NCBI GenBank assembly: GCA_964016885.1
Contig: OZ024741.1
Span: 63,116,001-63,180,000, forward strand
Direction of reading: 5' to 3'
DNA from: Eledone cirrhosa
Taxonomy: Eukaryota
DNA: 64,000 nt
Of this stretch, positions 13,211 through 26,349 are shown piece after piece. Within the stretch, counting starts at the first letter, position 1. Each line of letters starts with the position of its first letter. The notes beneath the pieces are model-generated. The model saw only the letters and a program-made list of their open reading frames with translations. It did no database searches and had not been told where the DNA came from. The translations under genes were made by a program, and so were the position numbers.

Positions 13211-15482
13211 ATTAATATTTGATGAACATTTACATGTTTTAGTTGCAATTGACTAATAAAATCGCTAGAATGAAATATCTTAATTCAACAACATAAAGTT
13301 TGCCTGTACGATCTAAAAAATAATAAATCAATACTCACAGACTCATATGGGCAAAAAGCCTTGCCCATATGAGTCTGTGAGTATGGATTTATTATTTTTT
13401 TAGATCGTACAGGCAAACTTTATGTTGTTGAATTAAGATATTTCATTCTAGCGATTTTATTAGTCAATTGCAACTAAAACATGTGAATGTTCATCAAATA
13501 TTAATTTATTCTGCTCAGAAGCGATTCTTAGAGCTGAAATGATTGTAAATGACCCCATTGAGTCTAAACTCTAAGCTATTTATATATATATATATAAAAA
13601 AAATAAAGATAAAGATAATAATGACAAAAATAAAAGCAAAGAAGGGTGTGAGAAAGAAGAAAAGAAAAGATAGCCAAGAAGGGGAGGGAAGGAAGGAAGA
13701 AAACGAAGAAATAGAAGAGGAATGAGGGAGAAGAGAATATTAGAAATAGAAGAGTAATGAAGAGAATATTAGAAAGACTCTCGGAAAACTAGACCTTAGC
13801 ATAATGTATGAGTATAGCACCAAAACAGTTAACTTTCTAGACGCGACGCTTAACCTAAATACGGGACTTATAAGACCTTTTCACAAGATTAATGAAAACT
13901 TACCATACATCAATTGTAACTCAAACCACACACTATCAATAATTAAATCCATTCCACGCAGCATACCCCTTAGGATCTCCCGCCTCTCGTCTAACCGACA
14001 AATCTTCGAAGAACATGCAGAATACTACAATACCGCATTAGACAAGGCAGGCCACTTAGATAGAGTAGAATATATAGATGAAAGCCTCCGTAAGCGCACA
14101 CGAACACGCATAACACAAACTCCAGAAACACACGCATACACACATTTACGCATAGAACTGCAAAGTATACGGCAAATAGAAATACAACATCGAAATCAAA
14201 CAAGTCACGCAGTAGAAAATATATTTGGTATAACCCCATATTTAACACCTCTATTAGTACTAACCTACCCTCTACTTTCTTTAGAATAATAAATAAGTAC
14301 TTTCCAGATTCACATAGATACAGCAAAATCCTTAACACTAAATCTATTAGACTATCTTACTCCACGGCACCAAATATAGAGGCATACATTAAGATGCTTA
14401 ACGCTAAAAAGATACATAACAACACCAGAACACACATTTATAACAATAACAATACAATTACCACCGAACACAACAGAATATCTAATACACAACCACCCGC
14501 TAATAGGCAAACAAAACGTAACACACTTGTACAGGCACCGCAGCCCACAAATAATGCCAAAGTTGCCCATGACAAGAACTGTAACTGCCACCTACCTGAA
14601 ACCTGTCCATTATGCAGTCTAACCTGGTTTACCAATGCACAGTGGAATCAGACAACCAGAAATGGTATTACATCGGAACGACCGGGAACACATTTAAAGC
14701 CCGTTGGTTTACACACCGTTACGCAATGAAACATTCCCAGCACCGTTATGTAACTACCCTTGCAAACAAGACCTGGCAACTGAGGGAAAGTAACCATCAA
14801 TACACCCTGAAGGGGAAAAAATTATCGAACGCGCCCCCATATCGGAGTGGTATGAGAAGCTGTCGATTATGCGACCTTGAGCTGTTCCACATCTTAAGTT
14901 CGAAGAATAGGTTACTCACCGATAAAATCGAGAGATCAATTTATTGTAACCATAGACTCAAAGAGAAATTTTCGCTCTACAAATCGAACCCTTAACCTCT
15001 TACTACCAACTGACAAACTACATATACTTAGACTGTATACCCTCTTATATCTAAACCCTTTAATTACCCACAAAACCAATACATATATCCCCCACTTCTC
15101 CCCCATTCCTCTTCTATTTCTTCGTTTTCTTCCTTCCTTCCCTCCCCTTCTTGGCTTTCTTTTCTTTTCTTCTTTCTCACACCCTTCTTTGCTTTTATTT
15201 TTGTCATTATTAACTTTATCTTTATTTTTTTAATATATATATATATATATATATAAATAGCTTAGAGTTTAGACTCAGAGAGGTCATTTACAATCATTTC
15301 AGCTCTAGGAATTGCTTCTGAACAGTATAAATTAATATTTGATGAACATTTACATGTTATAGTTGCAATTGACTAATAAGATCGCTAGAGTGAAAAATCT
15401 TAATTCAACAACATAAGGTCTGCCTGTACGATCTAGAAAATAATAAATCAATACTCACAGACTCATATGGGCAAAAAGCCTT
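13211..15482 (+). mobile_element. Penelope-like element 1 (Naiad-like), 5'-truncated, with inverted and direct pLTR copies
   Basis: Core has RT thumb and GIY-YIG. 13361-13733 is the reverse complement of ~15095-15474, and 13211-13360 is a direct copy of ~15331-15480. Confidence 0.88.
13804..14995 (+). pseudogene. PLE RT C-terminus, linker and GIY-YIG endonuclease (frameshifted)
   Basis: VNFLDATLNL..PFHKINE..YINCNSNH..RISRLSS; YIWYNP..RLSYS; CNCHLPETCPL; LVYQC..YYIGTT..FKARW..H; CRLCDLE..CNH. Confidence 0.88.
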
Positions 15483-15686
15483 GGTACCTAGACACGTTTA
15501 AAATTCAAAATACAAACTTTTTCCGCAGATCGGTCAGAACTTCAAACTTCAAACATGTTTCACAAAGGATGGTATAATATAAAATATTGAACCCTTAGGT
15601 AACCATTTTGTTCCCTGTATGAGATACGAATTAATAATTCCGAAAGAACTTTGATTTCCTTATTCCTACGAATACACACAAACACA

Positions 15687-15752
<66 letters not shown>

Positions 15753-15759
15753 AACACAC

Positions 15760-15843
<84 letters not shown>

Positions 15844-15916
15844 TGTGTATAAATTGTATATAAGAATTACAAAAGAAACAAAATGTGTGTTTGTGCCAAT
15901 AACTATGTAAAATAGG

Positions 15917-16485
15917 TTATAGCTGCGAGCTGTTAAAGTTTACCTCTTTAGTTTGAAATATAGAAATAATAAAAAAAAAACGGAAACAAAGAAAAGAAAA
16001 ATTAGTGAAATATAGAAAAAAAAGAGAGAAAGAAGAAAAAGAACTTGAACGGAAGGGGATGGCAAGAGCTCTGAGGGGAGCGGTTAAGGGGGGGGGGGGG
16101 GGGTATTTGGCTTTGGGCCTAGGGCAAGAGGGCAGAAGTACTGCGCTCCGCTGACAAAACGGCAAAAGCATTCCCACGGACGATGGTCAGTGACACCCGC
16201 TGCAAGAGCCACCCAACCTCGCGTGACTCCCTCCTCAGACGGGCCGCCGACGATCCGATCTTGTTGAGGACCTCGGTAGTACGAGGTCCAAGTACGCTTG
16301 AGGTCTCGATGGCGACCGGTGCGAAGAGGAAGCGGCCGGACAAACCCTGGTATTCGTTTATTTTACGTTCTTCTGCGAAGCGGGCTGCGATGCCGCCATT
16401 TTTGGCCGAAGCGACTAAATTGCAGCAGATGGCGTCCCAGATGAGGGATCTACCTTCTTTGAATGGGAAGACGATGATTCTGGTA
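15917..16485 (-). mobile_element. 3' end of a CRE-clade (RLE-type) non-LTR retrotransposon
   Basis: IWDAIC..AEERKINEY..FAPVAIETSSVLG..WLLQRVSLTIVRGNA matches the CRE-type RLE C-terminus (RxSxxxQRGNA). A pyrimidine-rich 3'UTR follows. Confidence 0.75.
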
Positions 16486-16511
16486 AGTAGCAATGAAAGA
16501 CATACATTTAT

Positions 16512-16595
<84 letters not shown>

Positions 16596-17677
16596 CGTAT
16601 CTCTTTTGGTCCCGTAACTCCTGGGGTATTCGGAGAGAGGCTGAACTGAAATACGACGTTTGTGTAGCATTGTAAAACCTAGTGGAGTCAGAGAAAAATA
16701 GTGAGTGAGAGAATGCAAAGCATTCTATCAACGTTCTGACGACTGCCACTTCGCCGCCGATATAAACCTCATAGTTGTTAATGAATAAGTACTGTGATAT
16801 TTTTAAAATTTAATGAAAGAATCAATGATAAATGGGAATATGTGGCTTTAGAAGAACATTCTTTAAGGAAATGTATTTATAGAAGAAAAGTGGACTTTAA
16901 ATAATGTAGGAAAATGTATCAAATTCACATTAGTTTCCGTGCGTTAAATGTTATAAAAATCTAATTTTGGCTATCTACCTTGGTTCTATCTATCTATCTC
17001 TCACTACATCTCTTCTTTCATCTCCCACTTTCTCTCACTCATACGACTTTACTAATATATCATCTATTTACGATTTTCATAGCTTTTAGGCTAAGAGAGA
17101 AGGGCGAGAAAGAAAGAAACTCATGGAGAAACAATGCACGTTTTAATCCATAATAAGAGAAAGTGGATTTGAGAGAAACACACGCCAAGAAAGAGAGAGA
17201 GAGAAATAAGAAAATGTAGAGATGGTAGTAAAAATTGGTTTATGTGAAATACATTATTGGTATCTAATTTCCTAACAGCTTGTTCGCATAGACAATCCAT
17301 CCATGTAGATAAGCCCTCCTCGCTTTCACATCAATTCACCAATTGTCAGGGTTCTAAATAACATAGAGTTTTTCTTTATTCTTCACGTACTCAAGCATAT
17401 GAATAACTTGCATATATATATATACAAGTCGCTGTCAGTTTTAACGGTGAGTGACTACTACTACGCAATGACTTATATCTGGAGGGCGTTAATGTTGTAA
17501 GCATAAATTATCGAATTTAACGAAAGAGAAGCAAGCAACAACGTAACTGTAATCCGAGGAAAATTTGGCTAATGCCATGAAATATGCGAGAGTTAAACAG
17601 AAAATTCAAAAGATATTATGAGTATATGCAAAGAAATATATTTTTTGTTGTTTGAGTCTAAGAAAGTCGGATAATTA

Positions 17678-17812
17678 ATGAAAGGCAAAGTCAACCTCAA
17701 ATCCCGCCGAGGTTGACTTTGCCTTTCATCCTTACGGGGTCGATAAAATAAAGTACCAGTAATGCACTGGGTTATTGCTGGCCTTGTGCCTAAAGTAGAA
17801 ACAATTATTAAT
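17678..17812 (+). mobile_element. tRNA-derived SINE (Meta-domain-like core), 5'-truncated with an inverted duplication
   Basis: Core GAGGTTGACTTTGCCTTTCATCCTTACGGGGTCGATAAAATAAAGTACCAG. 17678-17698 is the reverse complement of 17709-17729. Confidence 0.8.
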
Positions 17813-17827
17813 ATCAAGTTTAAGATA

Positions 17828-18020
17828 AATAATTGTTTCTACTTTTGGCACAAGACCAGCAATTATCCCAGTGTACCACTGGAACTTTACTTTATCGACC
17901 CTGTAAGGATGAAAGGTAAAGTTAACCTCGACGGGATTTGAACTCAGACCATAAAGGGCCGTAACTCTTTGCTGCAAAGCATGGCGTCCGACCCTCTACC
18001 GATACTGCCAATCCACCACC
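17828..18020 (-). mobile_element. Same SINE family, full length
   Basis: A-box-like GGATTGGCAGTATCGGTAGAG, B-box-like GAGTTCAAATCC, core, and tail GTAGAAACAATTAT. Further copies at ~27000-27095, 28428-28755 (two), 42955-43145, 45460-46020 (three), 46620-46770, 47027-47105, 49998-50100, 57125-57410; older copies at ~31365, 50170, 56700, 61150, 61650. Confidence 0.88.
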
Positions 18021-18489
18021 GATCTAAATGAAATTAAATGGAATATAATTTGAAAAGTAAAAATTAATAGAATGAGCAAGTAATAGTAAAATGCAAAAAT
18101 AAATATACATATACGTTGGAGGATTATATTAGACACAGTGATTGGTGGTGAGGATGTGTGTGAGGTGAAACAATAAAACTGAAATTTATTGGGTACTGTA
18201 ATACATGAAAAGACACACAAATGTATATATATTTATTTATTCATTTCATGTGTACGTATTATATATATATATATATATAGTGGGGGGGGGGCAGTGCAGC
18301 GAATTACTGGAGTTGCTCGATTTGCACAATATATATATTTTTTTTGTCATATCACCAGTCTGAGGAACAGATCGATAGTGGAGTCGGGTCCATAACTCCT
18401 ATAGGATACCTTGAGCAAATCCTCTGCGAAACACATGTAACAGGTCGATACACAAATATTTTTTATATGTAAATGAAACTTCCAAAGAA

Positions 18490-18680
18490 GATGTGGTAAG
18501 ATACCAGGCGGACAATAACGCACCAGAGTACTCGATACTTAGGGCAGTAGAGTGGGTAATAGGGAAAAGAGTCAGGACTACGACGGTTGTTTTCCGGGCG
18601 TTTCGACAGCTAGATCGGAACTAAGCCAACAGTATTAGAACAGCGGGAATCTAGCTGAACTTATCAAGGGGCACAGTCCA
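18490..18680 (-). mobile_element. pLTR-like repeat family with a decayed hammerhead; related pieces at 18966-19002, 21531-21608, 25536-25682
   Basis: Shared GGTAAG..ACCAG..GGAC.ATAACGCACCAGAGTACTC...AATAGG.AAA..G..A.GAC..CGACGG. The minus strand reads TTGATAA-G..CAGCTAGAT...ATCTAGCTG.C-GAAAC. Confidence 0.55.
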
Positions 18681-18841
18681 TATATGGGCATGCAGTCAAA
18701 ACAAAAAAAAAGCAGAAATATCAAAGCAAAAAGTCCTAAAGATTTGTTGTTTTTCTTGTCTGTTACGGGAGTGGTGAATGGGATGTCATGTACGTAGTTA
18801 AATTCCTTCAATATATTTTCAGCGTGTAAGAATCAAAGAAG

Positions 18842-19115
18842 GTAGTTACAGAATTTAAGTTAACTCTGCCTAATCTAACACTTAGCTAAAGAGCAAAGCA
18901 TTTAGATATTAATACTAATTCAGTTCCTGATAATGAAAATTAGTTATCAATTGCTCTAAAGCACAATAGGGAAAAGAGTCAGGACCCCGACGGCTGAGCT
19001 CCTGCATTAGAGTAATTGATACAACATTTCTAACTGAATTAGTATTAACATCTAAATGCTTTGCTCTTTAGCTAAGTGTTAGATTAGGCATACTTAACTT
19101 ATATTCTGTAACTAC
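18842..19115. repeat. Inverted repeat (~85-bp outer arms) enclosing a pLTR-family fragment
   Basis: GTAGTTACAGAAT...AATTCAGTT (18842-18925) is the reverse complement of 19032-19115. Confidence 0.88.
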
Positions 19116-20054
19116 ATTAATATGATTTCATTTTTGTGAATATATACAATTAAATATATATATGTATACGCGCGCACACGCACGCACACACACGTACACA
19201 CACACACACACATATATATATATATGTAATTTATTTAGGCTGGTGCGGTTTCCTGCTACTCGGGAGTTTTCTCAGTGTATCGCAGGTATTTCAAACAATT
19301 AATGACTGGTTAACAGCGACAAGTAGATGGTTGATTGTATATATTTAGATGAAAAATGACACAGAGACGCAGTAAGTGAGTAAAAGAGACAAGAAAAATT
19401 TACGGGGGATAATATACTTGCAGAGTCTGCCTCACAGGAATACAGTCAATCGTTTAGCTCAGCTCAATTTAGTATTAGGCCGACAGTCCTGTCTTTTTTC
19501 CAATTTCTTCCTAATTTAGTAACCCGTAGCGTGCAGGGAAGATTAAAGTATAACATTTCATTCTTACAGAGAAAGAACTCCAGAGGGTGAGGAAGGAATG
19601 GGTGTTCTGATTTGTGACACTCTAAGGAATCCCTATATGAGTTTCTACCTCTTGGATTCAAATTCAGGTTCCTCCAGATATTATCAATCAAATATATATA
19701 TCGTTAATATGTGGGTAGTGTATAGTATGTTTATTTAATTGACTGTATTACCTCACCTACTAGTGAAAAACACCCGACCCAAATAAAATGAAACTTTTAA
19801 CTGTAATTTCACATCATGCAAAAACACACCCACCTATAGGACACACACCTTTACAATATTTATCTAACTACCTATGGCATTATTTTAAATATACACATGA
19901 GTACACAGATATCTGTCCATAAATAACAGACGAAACGGTTGAGGAACGCGGGAAATAGAAAGAATAAAGATGAAATATAAGATAATTAACTCGAAATTCA
20001 GAGGGAAAATGTGTTATGTATAGAACATTTTAGTCTGGTAATGATGCGTGCACC

Positions 20055-20118
<64 letters not shown>

Positions 20119-20139
20119 TCTCGCTCTGTATATATATAT

Positions 20140-20216
<77 letters not shown>

Positions 20217-20413
20217 ACAATGAAATGTTGGGGGTATTATTTCACACATAATATATTATTCTACTTCTAACAGTATTAAATATCTTAGCATGTTTTATCT
20301 TCTAAATCAATGCAAATTAGAGAAGTTGATCTTTGAAGTGATTTTGAATTTATGTTTGGACGGAAAAGGAAAAGAAAACAGAAACGGTAGACGCTTTTAA
20401 TTAGGCCTCTTAG

Positions 20414-20558
<145 letters not shown>

Positions 20559-20634
20559 AGATAAATAAATATATGTATATATATATATACATATATTTAT
20601 TTATATCTACACACACACACATACACACACACAC

Positions 20635-20668
<34 letters not shown>

Positions 20669-21070
20669 ACATATGTGTTAGTGTGTGTGTGTGTTTTCTT
20701 TTGTTGTTTTCTTTCTATTTTTGTTATGCTGTATTATTTAAAGGTATGTGATGAGTTAATTTACCACAAATCAGAAGGTTAATATATTTTTTTAAATAAC
20801 TTGAAAGCAGAATAAAATAAAATCCTATAACTTGCTGCAAATTAAGCGTGTATAGCTAATAATGAGATAAATGCCACACCACCTGATGTCTCAGAACTAA
20901 ACATAAGTTGGAAAGTTTGTATTTCTCACCAAAAAAGCAATAGATTTTATAGTCTAACTTTATTACGCTATCGAATTACCAACACTAATTTCATTTCTTC
21001 TTTGGGTACAAAATAGCTGTTTTAAAGAAGTCTCTAGATATATTACTACAGAAACACGAACATACATATA

Positions 21071-21156
<86 letters not shown>

Positions 21157-21302
21157 CTGACGCTGAAATTCGTTTGTTTAAATTCATATGATTCCAGTTC
21201 CTCAGTGAAATAACAACCCAACCAGGAACTGGGCATATCAGAGTATTGACAAAGTTAAACACCTCAACAACATGTGTACTCGTCTCTACCACAATAATTC
21301 GG

Positions 21303-21357
21303 ACTGCCTGAAGAGGTCACAGCCAAAGATGGCTGTCACCGAAATATATATAGCAGT
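21303..21357 (+). ncRNA. Minimal type-I hammerhead ribozyme
   Basis: Stem I ACUGC/GCAGU; CUGAAGA (21308-21314); stem II GGUCACAGCCA/UGGCUGUCACC (one mismatch); GAAA; palindromic stem III UAUAUA; predicted cleavage after the UA at 21352; AATAAA immediately downstream. Confidence 0.85.
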
Positions 21358-21604
21358 AATAAACGAAGCCAAATTTTAAATATTTGACTTATTTATTTTA
21401 GTTTATTTTACATTACTCCGAAGTAACTAAACCAATCTGCGCACTTCGTCGAGTGGTCCAACCTGCATACTTGGGTGTTGGTATACAACCAACATATACT
21501 AAAAAAAAATATATATAACAAAGGAATTCTGGTAAGGAACCAGATGGACGATAACGCACCAGCCGTCGAAACGGCTTGAGCTCTGCCGTCGGGGTCATAC
21601 TTTT

Positions 21605-21641
<37 letters not shown>

Positions 21642-21763
21642 ATGCATACTTATGCTAGCAAATATATAGGTTTTGTCTTAGTAACTTTGTGGTTCAATGC
21701 ATGGGGATGCAGAACAATAACATGAGAGACGTAAAATAAAAAAATTATAAAATTAACTTACTT

Positions 21764-21966
<203 letters not shown>

Positions 21967-22362
21967 TACATACACATATATATATATATATATATTTTAA
22001 ATAGTTAAACAAGATTCAATGAGTATGTCAAAGAATGACTTTTACAGTAGATTGGAAGCACTCGTATTTAACTGTAACACGTAGAACTTTATTATATAAA
22101 ATTGTAACCGTTATCATCTACCTAAAGTATACTGTACCATTAATACCAAATATATATCTATATATACCTCCCTATATATTACTATATATAATTTTTAGTT
22201 AACTTCTAAATTTTTACTTAACTTCTAAATTTCTTGATTATGTTTACTTTGAACTAAGAATAATTAATGCATTTACACCCTGTTATATATAGGTGTATAT
22301 TTAACCTTAACATGCATCAAATCTATTATTTTGTTATCATCTACCTAAAATATACTGGCTCA

Positions 22363-22400
<38 letters not shown>

Positions 22401-22952
22401 ATCGTTATTTAAATATTTCTAACAATAAGTAATTAACAAGCTTTACATACCTAATAGGCTCAGTATCTCCGTTAAAGTTTACATTTAGGAAATTAATCAA
22501 CAGAATAAACTTTCACTCCTGTTGGCCAGCTAATTCCTATAAATGTTACCCACATGAAATTCAGAATCTTTGAAATGTTAACACACTTATAGAATTTATA
22601 AAACTAATATATAAATAACCAGCAATTTAAAAAAAAAAACACCAAAATCTCGAAACTTCACCCTATAATACCATAAATTAAATATTTTCAAAATTAACCG
22701 TTTAACTTTCGGCAAAAATAAATCTCCTTCAGCTTATTACCCCCCTTTATTCAAAAATGATAGTATCATACATCTTAATATCTATATAACTGTTACATTA
22801 AGCAACATTTTTCTTACTCGCACTTTCTCTGTTGAATTTATTACGTTTTCGCATTTTCTAAATATTAGGGTATAAATGTTAAATTTTTCTTGGGTTAATC
22901 ACTACCTTGATTAAATCTTAACCATTTAACATCTCAGGGTATGTCATGTATC

Positions 22953-23015
22953 ATTATATTTTGTCTGATGAGGACGTACAGTTGTACATCCGAAATATGT
23001 ATAATAAAATGTAAT
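22953..23015 (+). ncRNA. Minimal type-I hammerhead ribozyme
   Basis: 12-bp stem I AUUAUAUUUUGU/AUAAAAUGUAAU; CUGAUGA (22965-22971); stem II GGACGUACA/UGUACAUCC; GAAA; UAUGUA; predicted cleavage after the UA at 23003. Confidence 0.82.
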
Positions 23016-24586
23016 TGATCAAAAGAACATCTATTTTATTAATATTTGTATTTTAATATATATATATATGAGATCAACAAGAGAGGATATTTAGGTATTC
23101 AAATAACATTATTAATTTCTACGGCCATTTCAATTCATAAAATATATCTCTAGTATCAGAAAATATATCAAGCTCTACCAAAACAGTCGCAAGGAAGACT
23201 AGGAGTAATTCTTACCCTTGTAGAAGCGCGAACCATTTGAATAACGTTAATACTGCGTATAATACTCATGGTAACCCAATAACTGTAATAACAGACAACT
23301 TCGAAGTTGCGCCTTAAACGTAATTGTCCTATATCTAACAGAGCATATCTCTGCACCGTTTTTACACCTAATTTTACTAAAACTTACATTGATGCAATAT
23401 CGCTGAGCTTTAAATTTAGGTACTAGTCCCAATTTTACTCTTTTGGTAATGTAAAACTTCGTTTGCCACTTAAGTATGGGATTTCAAAGATTGGACTATC
23501 TGTTGAACCGTCTTCTGGTCTCGTTTAAAAACCGCAAAATTCCATGAACGAGGTAGCCTAAAACGTATTAATTTGTGTTTATCTGAGTGTCTCTTAATAA
23601 CTAAGTCTAATCTAAATTTGTTGAATATCAAAGCGGAAATAGTTTCAACGTGCCCACATAGGAATCCCTATTTTTTTTACTATTATAAATATGACGCTAC
23701 TTAAACAATTATTATAAAATTAAAAATTATTTTAGGAATTATACATTGTCACTCCTAGATACGCATATTCTTTATATGTAACATAATTCTATTACAATTG
23801 ATAATCGAGTTTTATGGCATTAGTAATAGAATTAAGTTCACTTAAGATTTCTTTAACTAAATATATCTAAACTGGGTGTTTTTTCACTTATATACACAGA
23901 AAGCTTTAGTAACCTTTATATCACCCAGTATACACTGATATTGAACGCTACCATCTAGGCTAGAGTATGTAAACATGCATTGGCCCGGACTGTATTGAAC
24001 ACCGGAAGTTTTTTCATATACCACCCGTAATAAGCTTGCACCGTTATAAATGATATTTAGTTAAATATTGTTGTTAATCCGTATTTGTAAAAGATATGTT
24101 ATGCGTTCAAATAAACGCGCAACAAAAAGTTAATATTTTGGAAGTACTTGTGTTTGATCCATGAAGTAAAAGTAAAACATGAAGACTTTTATATTATACA
24201 TTAGACTTTTTGTTGCTTAAATCACGTTGCATAATTCTAAACATTAATGATTTTTCTGGCTTGCTTATGGATCTATCTCTCATATTTGGCCTTTAAAAAC
24301 GGATCCTTTTCACATTATATCTGTTACATCCTGATTCTCGCTTGCTTTACTTTGTATTTTGGGATATGCATTCCACAAATCAAATAATGATTTCTTAAAG
24401 AGATCACCGTGTTTATTGATTTAATTATTTAATTAATTAGATAATTAATGAATGAATATGTAAATAATTTTTCATGTTTGCAATTATATTTCATCAACTA
24501 GAATCGAACTTAGAAATCAATAAAATGAATTGAATTATCATCTTCAGGTTTTACCTAAATTAAATATATATATATACATACTACAT

Positions 24587-24631
<45 letters not shown>

Positions 24632-25017
24632 TTTACTGAGTGATCGACTTATAAATTGATTAATGTTAGCCGTATTAATTTTTGTTGATGACCACAATTA
24701 ATTTGTGAGATATGTCAACAATGTTGAAGTCTTTATTGGATGATTTGATGATCGTTAAGTCGCTGATCAATTGAACTATTGCTGATTAGCCTGATCAATT
24801 TGATCCATTTTTGTTGCCTCACTAACGAATTCCGTAGACATATACCTTGCAACAGATCAACCCCAGTTAAGACTTAGTAGACAGTGTGCAGCACGTTGTT
24901 GTAATACCTTACATTGCGTATTGTGAGTTATTCAACCTATGAATATTATATATACATATAGTATAATACTTATGAATTTGTTCTGGATTTCATATCTTAA
25001 AATATGTTTTGAAACAG

Positions 25018-25410
25018 ATATTGTTATACGTTGGGAGGGTCTTGTTGCCAATAAAAACACACGCACCTGTTGGTTTTGATTTCAATTTATTACAAATTTC
25101 CGGTCGGTTCGGTAGTTGATTCGATAACCGGATGGTGGTTTATATATTGACAAATCTCTTTCGCCAGACATTCTGTGACCTCCTCACTGACTAGGCTTTT
25201 ATTTTGTGTCCCTCCTTTGTTCTTGTCCTAAGCCCAATCACTGAGGAGCTTACAGAATGTGTGACAAAAGAGCTTTGACAATATATAAACAACTATTCGG
25301 TTATTGAACCAACAAAACAACCAACCGGACATATATAATAAATTCAAGCGAAAACCAACAGTTGCGTGTGTTTTTATTGCCAACATAACACTCCCAAAGT
25401 ATAACAATAT
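25018..25410. mobile_element. Old fold-back element with two divergent decayed hammerheads
   Basis: Imperfect ~175-bp arms. Right arm CTGAGGA-GCTTACAGAATGTGTGAC-AAAA-GAGCTT; left arm (minus strand) GTGAGGA-GGTCACAGAATGTCTGGC-GAAA-GAGATT. Confidence 0.7.
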
Positions 25411-25480
25411 ATATATAAATATAAAATATATGTGTGTGTGTTAGTTAGACGTGTAACACTGACTTCTCCCCCTCTATATA

Positions 25481-25522
<42 letters not shown>

Positions 25523-25678
25523 ACGAAGGAGTTGTGGTAAGGAACCAGATGGACCATAACGCACCAGAGTACTCAATAATTAGGGTAGTAGAGTCGGTAA
25601 TAGGAAAATGTATGACCCCGACGGCAGAGCTCAAGCCGTTTCGACGGCTATTTTTGCCGTCGTGGTCATACATTTTCC

Positions 25679-25804
<126 letters not shown>

Positions 25805-25880
25805 GTCTGATGGTAGCTATGATGCTTCTATAGGCGGTATGCCGGTTGAGCATTCTATGTTCTTACAGATCAGAGTGTGA

Positions 25881-26098
25881 TATAATATAAAACGAAAATT
25901 CAGTGATGCATCTGAACTCAATTTATTGTGTGTTACAATTGTTTCGTCGGCAGACAGATCCGAAATTATTAGAAGTGTCCGACGAACCTGCAGGTCCAGA
26001 ATCAGACAGATCCATACAATGATCGTGTCTCGAGCTGTCTGCCGGCGAAACAATTGTAACACACAATAAATTGAGTTCAGATGTATCACTGATTTTTC

Positions 26099-26108
<10 letters not shown>
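25881..26108 (+). mobile_element. Fold-back element: hammerhead with mutated core plus inverted copy of its 3' half
   Basis: GUGU-CCGACGA-[long stem II]-GAAA-CAAUUG-UA-ACAC (25975-26062). 25881-25960 is the reverse complement of ~26030-26108. Ends in (TA)n. Confidence 0.75.
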
Positions 26109-26148
<40 letters not shown>

Positions 26149-26349
26149 AATACAACGGAGTTGAGTTTCTTCTTTGGCAATATATGTGAAATTATTTGAG
26201 GTGGATTCCGACGAACTCGATGATTCAAAAAATGATTTCCTCGTTTCAGGCTGAACATTTACGATATTCAGGAAAGACCAGAATAATTATTTTTACTAAG
26301 TGTTTGCTATATACAGTAGACTCAAAAACTACAACTAATCTGTCACCGA

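Noticed and set aside
15330-15405. UUGAUGA...GAAA in the PLE-1 pLTR as a hammerhead or SECIS element
   Set aside because: C3 is replaced and stems I and II do not pair adjacent to the core. There is no correctly spaced AAA loop for a SECIS.
16590-16679. Good minus-strand acceptor followed by open frames (VLQCYTN..., or ..HKRRISVQPLSEY) as the GPCR C-tail
   Set aside because: There is no helix-8 similarity and no donor, and it runs into a microsatellite. It cannot be supported without RNA data.
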